From assembly GCF_032444005.1 (NCBI RefSeq), contig NC_091289.1:199702001-199766000 (forward strand): DNA of 64,000 nt, in the 5' to 3' direction. The stretch's first letter is position 1; each line of letters begins with the position of its first letter. This document shows positions 12,193 to 25,100 of this stretch, one piece after another. The stretch comes from Ranitomeya imitator. Taxonomy: Eukaryota. A program made the position numbers and the translations under genes. The notes under the pieces are model-generated. The model did not search any database. It saw nothing but the letters and a program-made list of their open reading frames with translations, and was not told the DNA's origin.

Positions 12193-12630
12193 TATACGGG
12201 GCCACCATCACCGATATACGTAACTACCATCACCGCTATATGGGGCCACCGTCATCGCTATACGGGGCCACCGTCATCGCTATACGGGGCCACTGTCACG
12301 ACTATACGGGGCCACCATCACGACTATACGGGGCCACTGTCACCAATATACGGAACTACCATCACCGCTATATGGGGCCACCATCACCGCTATACGGGGC
12401 CACCGTCACCGCTATACGGGGCCACCGTCATGACTATACGGGGCCACCATCACGGCTATACGGGGCCACTGTCATGGCTATATGGGGCCACCATCACCGC
12501 TATACGGGGATACCTTCACTGCTATACGGGGCCACCATCACCGATATACGGTGCCACCGTCACCAATATACGGGGCTACCGTCACTGCTATACAGGGCCA
12601 CCATCAGCTCTATAAGGGGCTACTGTCACC
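12193..12630. repeat. 21-bp minisatellite downstream of samd13
   Basis: Unit ~GGGCCACCATCACCGCTATAC, diverged copies. Confidence 0.9.
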
Positions 12631-13046
12631 CCATAATTATTACAGGTGGCTCTTGCTCTTGGTTTCACTGGACACACAATTAGATCCGGACTGATCCCGG
12701 GTACCAGGTACAGACTGAGTTCGGGGCCACTCTTTATTGCTCCTAGGGGTCCCTGTAAATCCTCATAAATCCTGATAGTCTGCCTGTGATTCACACTGCT
12801 GTCTGCAGGGGGCAGTGTTATAGTGACAATCACTTGTTGGTCCCTGCAGTTGTCATTTTCCTGCCCTCATTGTTCTCTGGGCAAGAAGACATGAACTGCA
12901 GTGTAAAGCAGGGCGGCCTCTACGTGGATGATTCCCACAGATTGCAGATGTCAGACTGGACCTGAAGCTGCTGATACTTTATATAAAGTGTGTGACAATC
13001 ACTGGAAACTTCTGTGGAGATTCTGCCATAGCGTTCACTCCCTGTG

Positions 13047-14645
13047 GTGACGTGCGCTCTCCCTGCGGTGATGTGCACTCTCCCCGTGGTGACGTGCGCT
13101 CGTCCTGTGGTGATGTGCGCTCTCCCTGTGGTGACGTGCGCTCTCCCTGCGGTGATGTGCACTCTCCCCGTGGTGACGTGCGCTCGTCCTGTGGTGATGT
13201 GCGCTCTGCCTGTGGTGACGTGCGCTCTGCCTGTGGTGACGTGCGCTCTCCCTGTGGTGACGTGCGCTCTCCCTGTGGTGACGTGCGCTCTCCCTGTGGT
13301 GACGTGCGCTCTCCCTGTGGTGACGTGCGCTCTCCCTGTGGTGACGTGCGCTCTGCCTGTGGTGACGTGCGCTCTGCCTGTGGTGACGTGCGCTCTCCCT
13401 GTGGTGACGTGCGCTCTGCCTGTGGTGACGTGCGCTCTCCCTGTGGTGACGTGCGCTCTCCCTGTGGTGACGTGCGCTCTCCCTGTGGTGACGTGCGCTC
13501 TCCCTGTGGTGATGTGCGCTCTGCCTGCGGTGACGTGCGCTCTCCCTGCTGTGACGTGCGCTCTCCCTGCGGTGACGTGCGCTCTCCCTGCTGTGATGTG
13601 CGCTCTCCCTGCGGTGACGTGCGCTCTCCCTGCTGTGACGTGCGCTCTCCCTGTGGTGATGTGCGCTCTCCCTGTGGTGACGTGCCCTTTCCTTCAGTGA
13701 TGTGCGCTCTGCCTGTGGTGACGTGCGCTCTCCCTGCTGTGACGTGCGCTCTCCCTGCGGTGACGTGCGCTCTCCCTGCTGTGATGTGCGCTCTCCCTGC
13801 GGTGACGTGCGCTCTCCCTGCTGTGACGTGCGCTCTCCCTGTGGTGATGTGCGCTCTCCCTGTGGTGACGTGCCCTTTCCTTCAGTGATGTGCGCTCTGC
13901 CTGTGGTGACGTGCGCTCTCCCTGCTGTGACGTGCGCTCTCCCTGCGGTGACGTGCGCTCTCCCTGCTGTGACGTGCGCTCTCCCTGTGGTGATGTGCGC
14001 TCTCCCTGTGGTGACGTGCACTTTCCTTCAGTGATGTGCGCTCTGCCTGTGGTGACGTGCGCTCTCCCTGCTGTGACGTGCGCTCTCCCTGCGGTGACGT
14101 GCGCTCTCCCCGCGGTGACGTGCGCTCTCTCTTCGGTGATGTGCGCTCTCTCTGTGGTGACGTGCGCTCTCCCTGTGGTGACGTGCGCTCTGCCTGTGGT
14201 GACGTGCGCTCTCCCTGTGGTGACGTGCGCTCTGCCTGTGGTGACGTGCGCTCTCCCTGTGGTGATGTGCGCTCTGCCTGTGGTGACGTGCGCTCTCCCT
14301 GCGGTGATGTGCGCTCTCCCTGCTGTGACGTGCGCTCTCCCTGCGGTGACGTGCGCTCTCCCTGCTGTGACGTGCGCTCTCCCTGCGGTGACGTGCGCTC
14401 TCCCTGCTGTGACGTGCGCTCTCCCTGCGGTGACGTGCGCTCTCCCTGCGGTGATGTGCGCTCTCCCTGCGGTGATGTGCGCTCTCCCTGCTGTGACGTG
14501 CGCTCTCCCTGCTGTGACGTGCGCTCTCCCTGTGGTGACGTGCGCTCTCCCTGCTGTGACGTGCGCTCTCCCTGCGGTGACGTGCGCTCTCTCTTCGGTG
14601 ATGTGCGCTCTCTCTGTGGTGACGTGCGCTCTTCCTGTGGTGATG
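13047..14645. repeat. 21-bp minisatellite (~75 copies)
   Basis: Unit GTGGTGACGTGCGCTCTCCCT; source of the VVTCALP / CGDVRSP ORFs. Confidence 0.95.
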
Positions 14646-14773
14646 TCTCCTGCATTGGACACATATCCTCCAGAGTACGGTGGTGGTGGCCTTACACCAC
14701 TCTATCCGACGCTCCGCATTGTGCTTGGTGATGTACGGCTACCTGCAGCTGCTCGGTAATGAAGCTCCCGGCA

Positions 14774-15515
14774 GGGATGGGGGCACTGTGACCGGTAACT
14801 GGGATGGGGGCACTGTGACCGGTAACTGGGATGGGGGCAGTGTGACCGGTAACTGGGATGGGGGCAGTGTGACCGGTAACTGGGATGGGGGCACTGTGAC
14901 TGGTAACTGGGATGGGGGCAGTGTGACCTGTAACTGGGATGGGGGCGCTGTGACCGGTAACTGGGAAGGGGGCAGTGTGACCGGTAACTGGGAAGGGGGC
15001 AGTGTGAGCGGTAACTGGGATGGGGGCGCTGTGACCGGTAACTGGGAAGGGGGCAGTGTGACCGGTAACTGGGAAGGGGGCAGTGTGAGCGGTAACTGGG
15101 ATGGGGGCATTGTGATCGGTAACTGGGATGGGGGCACTGTGACCGGTAACTGGGATGGGGGCACTGTGACCGGTAACTGGGATGGGGGCAGTGTGACGGG
15201 TAACTGGGATGGGGGCACTGTGACCGGTAACTGGGATGGGGGCACTGTGACCGGTAACTGGGATGGGGGCACTGTGACCGGTAACTGGGATGGGGGCACT
15301 GTGACCGGTAACTGGGATGGGGGCACTGTGACCGGTAACTGGGATGGGGGCACTGTGACGGGTAACTGGGATGGGGGCAGTGTGACCGGTAACTGGGATG
15401 GGGGCAGTGTGACCGGTAACTGGGATGGGGGCAGTGTGACCGGTAACTGGGATGGGGGCACTGTGACCGGTAACTGGGATGGGGGCACTGTGAGCGGTAA
15501 CTGGGATGGGGGCAA
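14774..15515. repeat. 27-bp G-rich minisatellite (~27 copies)
   Basis: Unit GATGGGGGCACTGTGACCGGTAACTGG. Confidence 0.95.
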
Positions 15516-15761
15516 TGTAATGGAGGTGCAATGCTGCTCCTATAATAGCAGCACAGTGTCGTGGTCCAGTATGGCGGCATTATGGCTGGTACTACAGGGC
15601 CACTGCGGCTATCACTCTTAGGGACGGTGTGGTTGAGCGTTGCAGGGGGACTAGTATAGTAATGGGGGCACTACTACCGCACCTCGTCACAACCTCTGGA
15701 TCTGGCGGTATCGCCGCTCCCTGCGCAGTATCACGTCACAACACTCAGATGAAGCAGCCAT

Positions 15762-15767
15762 TTTATT
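15762..15767 (-). terminator. uox: Probable uox polyadenylation signal
   Basis: AATAAA on the minus strand ~70 nt after the stop codon. Confidence 0.6.
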
Positions 15768-15835
15768 ATTCCAGATCACCACAAATCAATGAGTAAATGA
15801 CAGGAGCAGAATTATCGTCTGTCGCTCGAGGAACA

Positions 15836-15910
15836 TCACAGCTTGGATGAAGCTTTTCTCCTCACAGTGCCGGTGATGTTTCCATAGGGTTTATCTGAAG
15901 GCAGCAGGAT
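15836..15910 (-). CDS. uox: Urate oxidase exon 8 (last), ends in PTS1 SKL
   Basis: CTCCGCAG|ILLPSDKPYGNITGTVRRKASSKL*; 75 nt. Confidence 0.95.
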   Translation of the reverse strand: MLLPSDKPYGNITGTVRRKASSKL

Positions 15911-16079
15911 CTGCGGAGACATTGGATATCATCACATAATGCCGCCATCAATCTGCTACCTATCTACGACATCATACCGCCATCGTTCTCTGCACAATGA
16001 CATTATATGTTGGGGTGAAGCCCCGCAGCTGCGCCCTGTGACGCAGACGGTAAACGCCGCAGCAGACGGTTCTCATTAC

Positions 16080-16163
16080 CTCGTCTTTGTTGTTCAGGCC
16101 AAACTTGCTCATATCGATGGTGAAATAATGTTTGTTCGGCAAAATAATTTCAACTTCTTCAAT
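16080..16163 (-). CDS. uox: Urate oxidase exon 7
   Basis: IEEVEIILPNKHYFTIDMSKFGLNNKDE|gtaatg; contains the conserved PNxH motif; 84 nt, phase 0/0. Confidence 0.96.
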
Positions 16164-16257
16164 CTGCAATGAAAAGAAGTCGTTATAGGGACAAGGCCCC
16201 ACGAGCAGAACGGCTAATGCAAGAATGGTTCCCAAAGCTGACACCTGCCCCCGATCA

Positions 16258-17045
16258 ACGGAGGACGAGACGAGTATTGGAGAATGAGACGAGTATTGGA
16301 GGATGAGACGAGTATTGGAGGACGAGACGAGTATTGGAGGACGAGACGAGTATCGGAAGACGAGACGAGTATCGGAAGACGAGACGAGTATCGGAGGACG
16401 AGACGAGTATCGGAGGACGAGACGAGTATCGGAGGACGAGACGAGTATCGGAAGACGAGACGAGTATCGGAGGACGAGACAAGAAACGGAGGACGAGACG
16501 AGTATCGGAGGACAAGACAAGAAACGGAGGACAAGACAAGAAACGGAGGACGAGATGAGTAACAGAGGACGAGACGAGTAACGGAGGACGAGACGAGTAA
16601 CGGAGGACGAGACGAGTAACGGAGGACGAGACGAGTAACGGAGGACGAGACGAGTAACGGAGGACGAGACGAGTAACGGAGGATGAGACAAGAAACGGAG
16701 GACGAGATGAGTAACAGAGGATGAGACAATGGAGGACGAGACAAGAAACGGAGGACAAGACAAAAAACGGAGGACAAGACAAGAAACGGAGGACGAGATG
16801 AGTAACAGAGGACGAGATGAGTAACGGAGGACGAGACGAGTAACGGAGGACGAGACGAGTAACGGAGGACGAGACGAGTAACGGAGGACGAGACGAGTAA
16901 CGGAGGACGAGACGAGTAACGGAGGACGATACGAGTAACGGAGGACGAGACGAGTAACGGAAGACAAGGGAAGCAACGGAGGACCAGACAAGTAATGGAG
17001 GAAGAGACAAATAATGGGGGACGAGACAAGAAACGGAGGACGAGA
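16258..17045. repeat. 19-bp purine-rich minisatellite in uox intron 6
   Basis: Unit ACGGAGGACGAGACGAGTA (period checked at 16581/16600). Confidence 0.93.
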
Positions 17046-17768
17046 CCCACAGGGGAGGCCAGGATGGCGGCACAGACTCAGACATGACATAAGTGGCCCA
17101 AAAATCTCAATCAGCTGAAAGTTGTAAAATGCAGGAGGTCTCTGTCCATAACCCTCTAACCCCCAACAAGACCCCTCTGTCCCCTACAGAAAAGAGGAAG
17201 GAGAATAGATGGATAAAGAACAGATGAATCCGTGCAGAATGAGATGGTGAGAAATGAACTGAATGCCAGTCCTACTGTCCCACACACCTTGTACTATTGT
17301 CTTGTGCTCCCCGTCCTACAGTCCCACGCTCCCCGTCCCATACTTACCGCCTATAGTCACGCCAACACGTGCTACAGTGACCATCCCATAGTTTCGTAGT
17401 CCCCGTCCTATAGTTTTGTAGTCCCCGTCCTATAGTCCCGCAGTTCCTATCCCATAGCCCTGCAGTCCCCGTCCTATAGTCCTACTGTTACCATCCTATT
17501 GTCCTGCAGTCACCATCGCTCAATCATGGATGGTAAGTCCTCGGAGTATAAGCCCCCTTAGGACGGACCCCATAACTTTGTATTAGACAATCCGCTGCAC
17601 AGACAGAAGAAATGAATCGATGGCAGATTGTGAACCTCTGGGATAAAACATTGCCGTTCTCGGATACGGCAGATCTCTTTGATATCACACCGGACCCCAT
17701 CCTCTTACGACATTTCTGACCATTGCACATATGGAGACCCCGGCCGCCGTGTGCCCCCCGCTCCGTAC

Positions 17769-17892
17769 CTGGGGGACGCTGCTCAGGCACAGCACCTGGA
17801 TGTCGTACAGTGTCTTCTGGACGGAGGGGGAATATTCTCCTTTGTCGTACGGACCAGCAAATTTGTCAAGGATGATTTCTTTCACGGTTCCA
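17769..17892 (-). CDS. uox: Urate oxidase exon 6
   Basis: TTTCGCCAG|[42 protein letters not shown]|gtacgg; 124 nt. Confidence 0.96.
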
Positions 17893-18245
17893 CTGGCGAA
17901 ACAAGAAGACGTTCGTCAGATGATCGTCACCCGGTGCCGGATTGAAGATTGGGTATATGATAACTAGAGCAGGGACTCGTGAGGACACACGTCCATCCTG
18001 CACATCGGGAGCCCAGTAACCCGCTATCTCCAGGGGCCCCAACAATATAAGGAGCGGTGGTGCACACAATCGTTCACACGGAGATCTTGGGAGCCCTAGT
18101 TCTTGGGATCGGTGGGAGTCCAAGTTGTCGGGAGGCTATCCCTAACCAATGAATGGGGTAGAACTCCCAGCTTCAGCATGTCCTTGTGACTCACTGGTCA
18201 CTGGTGAGAAAACCCCAGGGCTGTGCCAGTCCCAAGGCCACTTAC

Positions 18246-18432
18246 CAGATGGCATCAAAGTTCAGCCCTTTGTAGGAGTCAAACTTCCATTTGCAGTTGA
18301 CGATGGTGGAGAAGCATCTGTCCTTCACCTCGGGGAGTGTTGTGTATTGATCTTTTATAAAACCTTCAAATCCGGACTGTGTCGTCTTCAGAATTCGCAG
18401 ATCTTTGATTCCAGAGTAAACGACGGGCTGAC
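18246..18432 (-). CDS. uox: Urate oxidase exon 5
   Basis: (G)[63 protein letters not shown]|gtaagt; 187 nt. Confidence 0.97.
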
Positions 18433-18552
18433 CTGTGGGGGGGACAGCAAAATGACGGCATAAGATGGCGGTGCGGAGACTACAACACCCAGAGGTCCCC
18501 AGCCCTCTCACACCAAGGACAACCAGACCTGGTCCTGATGGAGATATCCTAC

Positions 18553-18631
18553 CTCCTCGCTCCTGTTCTACTTCACAGAAATGGGTGCCCTCAGAGGAAT
18601 AGATAAAGGCATGAACGTGCTCCACTCCGTC
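18553..18631 (-). CDS. uox: Urate oxidase exon 4
   Basis: [27 protein letters not shown]|gtagga; 79 nt, phase 0/1. Confidence 0.95.
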
Positions 18632-18799
18632 CTGCATAAACAGAGGCACGAAGTCAGAAATGCATGAATTCCCTTATCTAAGCAGATGCAAAACGTCTGT
18701 CGTTCTGGCAGAGTTACCAAACTTGTGCACTCATCACGTCTACCCCTTAGTGTGCGACCAATCAGAGCCTCATATCACTGTACTTACAAGACAAAATGC

Positions 18800-21253
18800 T
18801 ATCATGTATCTCTGTATACAGGGAGCTCCCCCTAGTGGTGGCTGCAGACAGGATCTTATCATGTATCTCTGTATACAGGGAGCTCCCCCTAGTGGTGGCT
18901 GCAGACAGGATCTTATCATGTATCTCTGTATACAGGGAGCTCCCCCTAGTGATGGCTGCAGACAGGATCTTATCATGTATCTGTATACAGGGAGCTCCCC
19001 ATAGTGGTAGCTGCAGACAGGATCTTATCATGTATCTCTGTATACAGGGAGCTCCCCCTAGTGGTGACTGCAGACAGGATCTTATCATGTATCTCTGTAT
19101 ACAGGGAGCTCCCCCTAGTGGTGGCTGCAGACAGGATCTTATCATGTATCTCTGTATACAGGGAGCTCCCCCTAGTGGTGGCTGCAGACAGGATCTTATC
19201 ATGTATCTCTGTATACAGGGAGCTCCCCCTAGTGGTGCCTGCAGACATAATCTTATCATGTATCTCTGTATACAGGGAGCTCCCCCTAGTGGTGACTGCA
19301 GACAGGATCTTATCATGTATCTCTGTATACAGGGAGCTCCCCCTAGTGGTGGCTGCAGACAGGATCTTATCATGTATCTCTGTATACAGGGAGTTCCCCC
19401 TAGTGGTGGCTGCAGACAGGATCTTATCATGTATCTCTGTATACAGGGAGCTCCCCCTAGTAGTGGCTGTAGACAGGATCTTATCATGTATCTCTGTATA
19501 CAGGGAGCTCCCCCTAGTGGTGGCTGCAGACAGGATCTTATGTATCTCTGTATACAGGGAGCTCCCCCTAGTGGTGCCTGCAGACATAATCTTATCATGT
19601 ATCTCTGTATACAGGGAGCTCCCCCTAGTGGTGACTGCAGACAGGATCTTATCATGTATCTCTGTATACAGGGAGCTCCCCCTAGTGGTGGCTGCAGACA
19701 GGATCTTATCATGTATCTCTGTATACAGGGAGCTCCCCCTAGTGGTGCCTGCAGAAAGGATCTTATCATGTATCTCTGTATACAGGGAGCTCCCCCTAGT
19801 GGTGACTGCAGACAGGATCTTATCATGTATCTCTGTATACAGGGAGCTCCCCCTAGTGGTGGCTGCAGACACGATCTTATCATGTATCTCTGTATACAGG
19901 GAGCTCCCCCTAGTGGTGGCTGCAGACAGGATCTTATCATGTATCTCTGTATACAGGGAGCTCCCCCTAGTGGTGGCTGCAGTCAGGATCTTATCATGTA
20001 TCTCTGTATACAGGGAGCTCCCCCTAGTGGTGGCTGCAGTCAGGATCTTATCATGTATCTCTGTATACAGGGAGCTCCCCCTAGTGGTGGCTGCAGTCAG
20101 GATCTTATCATGTATCTCTGTATACAGGGAGCTCCCCCTAGTGGTGGCTGCAGTCAGGATCTTATCATGTATCTCTGTATACAGGGAGCTCCCCCTAGTG
20201 GTGACTGCAGACAGGATCTTATCATGTATCTCTGTATACAGGGAGCTCCCCCTAGTGGTGGCTGCAGACAGGATCTTATCATGTATCTCTGTATACAGGG
20301 AGCTCCCCCTAGTGGTGGCTGCAGAGAGGATCTTATCATGTATCTCTGTATACAGGGAGCTCCCCCTAGTGGTGGCTGCAGACAGTATCTTATCATGTAT
20401 CTCTATATACAGGGAGCTCCCCCTAGTGGTGGCTGCAGAGAGGATCTTATCATGTATCTCTGTACACAGGGAGCTCCCCCTAGTGGTGACTGCAGGCAGT
20501 ATCTTATCATGTATCTCTGTATACAGGGAGCTCCCCCTAGTGGTGGCTGCAGACAGGATCTTATCATGTATCTCTGTACACAGGGAGCTCCCCCTAGTGG
20601 TGGCTGCAGACAGGATCTTATCATGTATCTCTGTATACAGGGAGCTCCCCCTAGTGGTGGCTGCAGACAGGATCTTATCATGTATCTCTGTATACAGGGA
20701 GCCCCCCCTAGTGGTGGCTGCAGACAGAACCTTATCATGTATCTCTGTATACAGGGAGCTCCCCCTAGTGGTGTCTGCAGACAGGATATTATCATGTATC
20801 TCTGTATACAGGGAGCTCCCCCTAGTGGTGGCTGCAGACAGAATGTTACAATGTATCTCTGTATACAGGGAGCTCCCCCTAGTGGTGGCTGCAGACAGAA
20901 CCTTATCATGTATCTCTGTATACAGGGAGCTCCCCCTAGTGGTGACTGCAGACAGGATCTTATCATGTATCTCTGTACACAAGGAGCTCCCCCTAGTGGT
21001 GGCTGCAGACAGGATCTTATCATGTATCTCTGTATACAGGGAGCTCCCCCTAGTGGTGGCTGGAGACAGGATCCTATCATGTATCTCTGTATACAGGGAG
21101 CTCCCCCTAGTGGTGGCTGCAGACAGGATCTTATCATGTATCTCTGTATACAGGGAGCTCCCCCTAGTGGTGGCTGGAGACAGGATCCTATCATGTATCT
21201 CTGTATACAGGGAGCTCCCCCTAGTGGTGTCTGCAGACAGAATGTTACAATGT
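18800..21253. repeat. 57-bp satellite, left block (~43 copies), uox intron 3
   Basis: Unit TATCATGTATCTCTGTATACAGGGAGCTCCCCCTAGTGGTGGCTGCAGACAGGATCT. Confidence 0.98.
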
Positions 21254-22134
21254 TATTATTATTATTATTATTATTATTTATTGTTATAGCGCCATTTATT
21301 CCATGGCGCTTTACATGTGAGGAGGGGTATACATAATGAAAACAAGTACAATAATCTTAAACAATACAAGTCATAACTGGTACAGGAGGAATGAGGACCC
21401 TGCCCGCGAGGGCTCACAATCTACAAGGGATGGGTGAGAATACAGTAGGTGAGGGTAGAGATGGTCATGCAGCGGTTTGGTCGATCGGTGGTAGCTGCAG
21501 GTTGTAGGCTTGTCTGAAGAGGTGGGTCTTCAGGTTCTTTTTGAAGGTTTCGATGGTAGGCGAGAGTCTGATGTGTTGTGGTAGAGGGTTCCAGAGTAGG
21601 GGTGATACGCGAGAGAAATCTTGTATACGATTGTGGGAAGAGGAGATAAGAGGGGAGTAGAGTAGGAGATCTTGTGAGGATCGGAGGTTGCGGGTAGGTA
21701 AGTACCGGGAGACGAGGTCACAGATGTATGGAGGAGACAGGTTGTGGATGGCTTTGTACGTCATGGTTAGGGTTTTGTAGTGGAGTCTCTGGGCAATGGG
21801 GAGCCAGTGAAGGGATTGACAGAGGGGAGAGGCCGGGGAATAGCGGGGGGACAGGTGGATTAGTCGGGCAGCAGAGTTTAGAATAGATTGGAGGGGTGCG
21901 AGAGTGTTAGCGGGGAGGCCACAGAGCAGGAGGTTGCAGTAGTCAAGGCGAGAGATGATGAGGGCATGGACTAGGGTTTTTGCAGATTCATGGTTGAGGA
22001 ATGAACGGATTCGTGAAATATTTTTGAGTTGCAGTCGGCAGGAAGTGGAAAGGGCTTGGATATGTGGTTTGAAGGAGAGATCAGCGTCAAGGATTACCCC
22101 GAGGCAGCGAGCTTGTGGGACTGGGGAGAGTGGG
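21254..22134 (-). mobile_element. L2-clade LINE, 5'-truncated (~880 bp) with (TAA)n tail
   Basis: Uninterrupted frame ARCLGVILDADLSFKPHI...LIISRLDYCNLLLCGLP...LHWLP...FKKNLKTHLF (L2 ORF2 C-terminus); (TTA)n at 21254-21280 on +; ACAATGT at 21247-21253 and 22160-22166 is a candidate TSD. Confidence 0.93.
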
Positions 22135-25100
22135 CATGTATCTCTGTACAATGTATCTAACAATGTATCTCTGTATACAGGGAGCTCCCCCTAGTGGTGG
22201 CTGCAGACAGAACCTTATCATGTATCTCTGTATACAGGGAGCTCCCCCTAGCGGTGACTGCAGACAGGATCTTATCATGTATCTCTGTATACAGGGAGCT
22301 CCCCCTAGTGGTGGCTGCAGACAGGATCTTATGTATCTCTGTATACAGGGAGCTCCCCCTAGTGGTGCCTGCAGACAGGATCTTATCATGTATCTCTGTA
22401 TACAGGGAGCTCCCCCTAGTGGTGACTGCAGACAGGATCTTATCATGTATCTCTGTATACAGGGAGCTCCCCCTAGTGGTGGCTGCAGACACGATCTTAT
22501 CATGTATCTCTGTATACAGGGAGCTCCCCCTAGTGGTGGCTGCAGACAGGATCTTATCATGTATCTCTGTATACAGGGAGCTCCCCCTAGTGGTGGCTGC
22601 AGTCAGGATCTTATCATGTATCTCTGTATACAGGGAGCTCCCCCTAGTGGTGGCTGCAGTCAGGATCTTATCATGTATCTCTGTATACAGGGAGCTCCCC
22701 CTAGTGGTGGCTGCAGTCAGGATCTTATCATGTATCTCTGTATACAGGGAGCTCCCCCTAGTGGTGGCTGCAGTCAGGATCTTATCATGTATCTCTGTAT
22801 ACAGGGAGCTCCCCCTAGTGGTGACTGCAGACAGGATCTTATCATGTATCTCTGTATACAGGGAGCTCCCCCTAGTGGTGGCTGCAGACAGGATCTTATC
22901 ATGTATCTCTGTATACAGGGAGCTCCCCCTAGTGGTGGCTGCAGACAGGATCCTATCATGTATCTCTGTATACAGGGAGCTCCCCCTAGTGGTGGCTGCA
23001 GAGAGGATCTTATCATGTATCTCTGTACACAGGGAGCTCCCCCTAGTGGTGACTGCAGGCAGTATCTTATCATGTATCTCTGTATACAGGGAGCTCCCCC
23101 TAGTGGTGGCTGCAGACAGGATCTTATCATGTATCTCTGTACACAGGGAGCTCCCCCTAGTGGTGGCTGCAGACAGGATCTTATCATGTATCTCTGTATA
23201 CAGGGAGCTCCCCCTAGTGGTGGCTGCAGACAGGATCTTATCATGTATCTCTGTATACAGGGAGCCCCCCCTAGTGGTGGCTGCAGACAGAACCTTATCA
23301 TGTATCTCTGTATACAGGGAGCTCCCCCTAGTGGTGTCTGCAGACAGGATATTATCATGTATCTCTGTATACAGGGAGCTCCCCCTAGTGGTGGCTGCAG
23401 ACAGAATGTTACAATGTATCTCTGTATACAGGGAGCTCCCCCTAGTGGTGGCTGCAGACAGAACCTTATCATGTATCTCTGTATACAGGGAGCTCCCCCT
23501 AGTGGTGACTGCAGACAGGATCTTATCATGTATCTCTGTACACAAGGAGCTCCCCCTAGTGGTGGCTGCAGACAGGATCTTATCATGTATCTCTGTATAC
23601 AGGGAGCTCCCCCTAGTGGTGGCTGGAGACAGGATCCTATCATGTATCTCTGTATACAGGGAGCTCCCCCTAGTGGTGGCTGCAGACAGGATCTTATCAT
23701 GTATCTCTGTATACAGGGAGCTCCCCCTAGTGGTGGCTGGAGACAGGATCCTATCATGTATCTCTGTATACAGGGAGCTCCCCCTAGTGGTGTCTGCAGA
23801 CAGAATGTTACAATGTATCTCTGTATACAGGGAGCTCCCCCTAGTGGTGGCTGCAGACAGAACCTTATCATGTATCTCTGTATACAGGGAGCTCCCCCTA
23901 GTGGTGACTGCAGACAGGATCTTATCATGTATCTCTGTATACAGGGAGCTCCCCCTAGTGGTGGCTGCAGACAGGATCTTATCATGTATCTCTGTATACA
24001 GGGAGCTCCCCCTAGTGGTGACTGCAGACAGGATCCTATCATGTATCTCTGTATACAGGGAGCTCCCCCTAGTGGTGGCTGCAGACAGGATCTTATCATG
24101 TATCTCTGTATACAGGGAGCTCCCCCTAGTGGTGATTTCAGACAGGATCTTATCATGTATCTCTGTATACAGGGAGCTCCCCCTAGTGGTGGCTGCAGAC
24201 AGGATCTTATCATGTATCTCTGTATACAGGGAGCTCCCCCTAGTGGTGACTGCAGACAGGATCTTATCATGTATCTCTGTATACAGGGAGCTCCCCCTAG
24301 TGGTAGCTGCAGACAGGATCTTATCATGTATCTCTGTATACAGGGAGCTCCCCCTAGTGGTGACTGCAGACAGGATCTTATCATGTATCTCTGTATACAG
24401 GGAGCTCCCCCTAGTGGTAGCTGCAGACAGGATCTTATCATGTATCTCTGTATACAGGGAGCTCCCCCTAGTGGTGACTGCAGACAGGATCTTATGTATC
24501 TCTGTATACAGGGAGCTCCCCCTAGTGGTGACTGCAGACAGGATCTTATCATGTATCTCTGTATACAGGGAGCTCCCCCTAGTGGTGGCTGCAGACAGGA
24601 TCTTATCATGTATCTCTGTATACAGGGAGCTCCCCCTAGTGGTGACTGCAGACAGGATCTTATCATGTATCTCTGTATACAGGGAGCTCCCCCTAGTGGT
24701 GGCTGCAGACAGGATCTTATCATGTATCTCTGTATACAGGGAGCTCCCCCTAGTGGTGGTTGCAGACAGGATCTTATCATGTATCTCTGTATACAGGGAG
24801 CTCCCCCTAGTGGTGGCTGCAGACAGGATCTTATCATGTATCTCTGTATACAGGGAGCCCCCCCTAGTGGTGGCTGCAGACAGAACCTTATCATGTATGT
24901 CTGTATACAGGGAGCTCCCCCTAGTGGTGTCTGCAGACAGAATGTTACAATGTATCTCTGTATACAGGGAGCTCCCCCTAGTGGTGGCTGCAGACAGAAC
25001 CTTATCATGTATCTCTGTATACAGGGAGCTCCCCCTAGCGGTGACTGCAGACAGGATCTTATCATGTATCTCTGTATACAGGGAGCTCCCCCTAGTGGTG

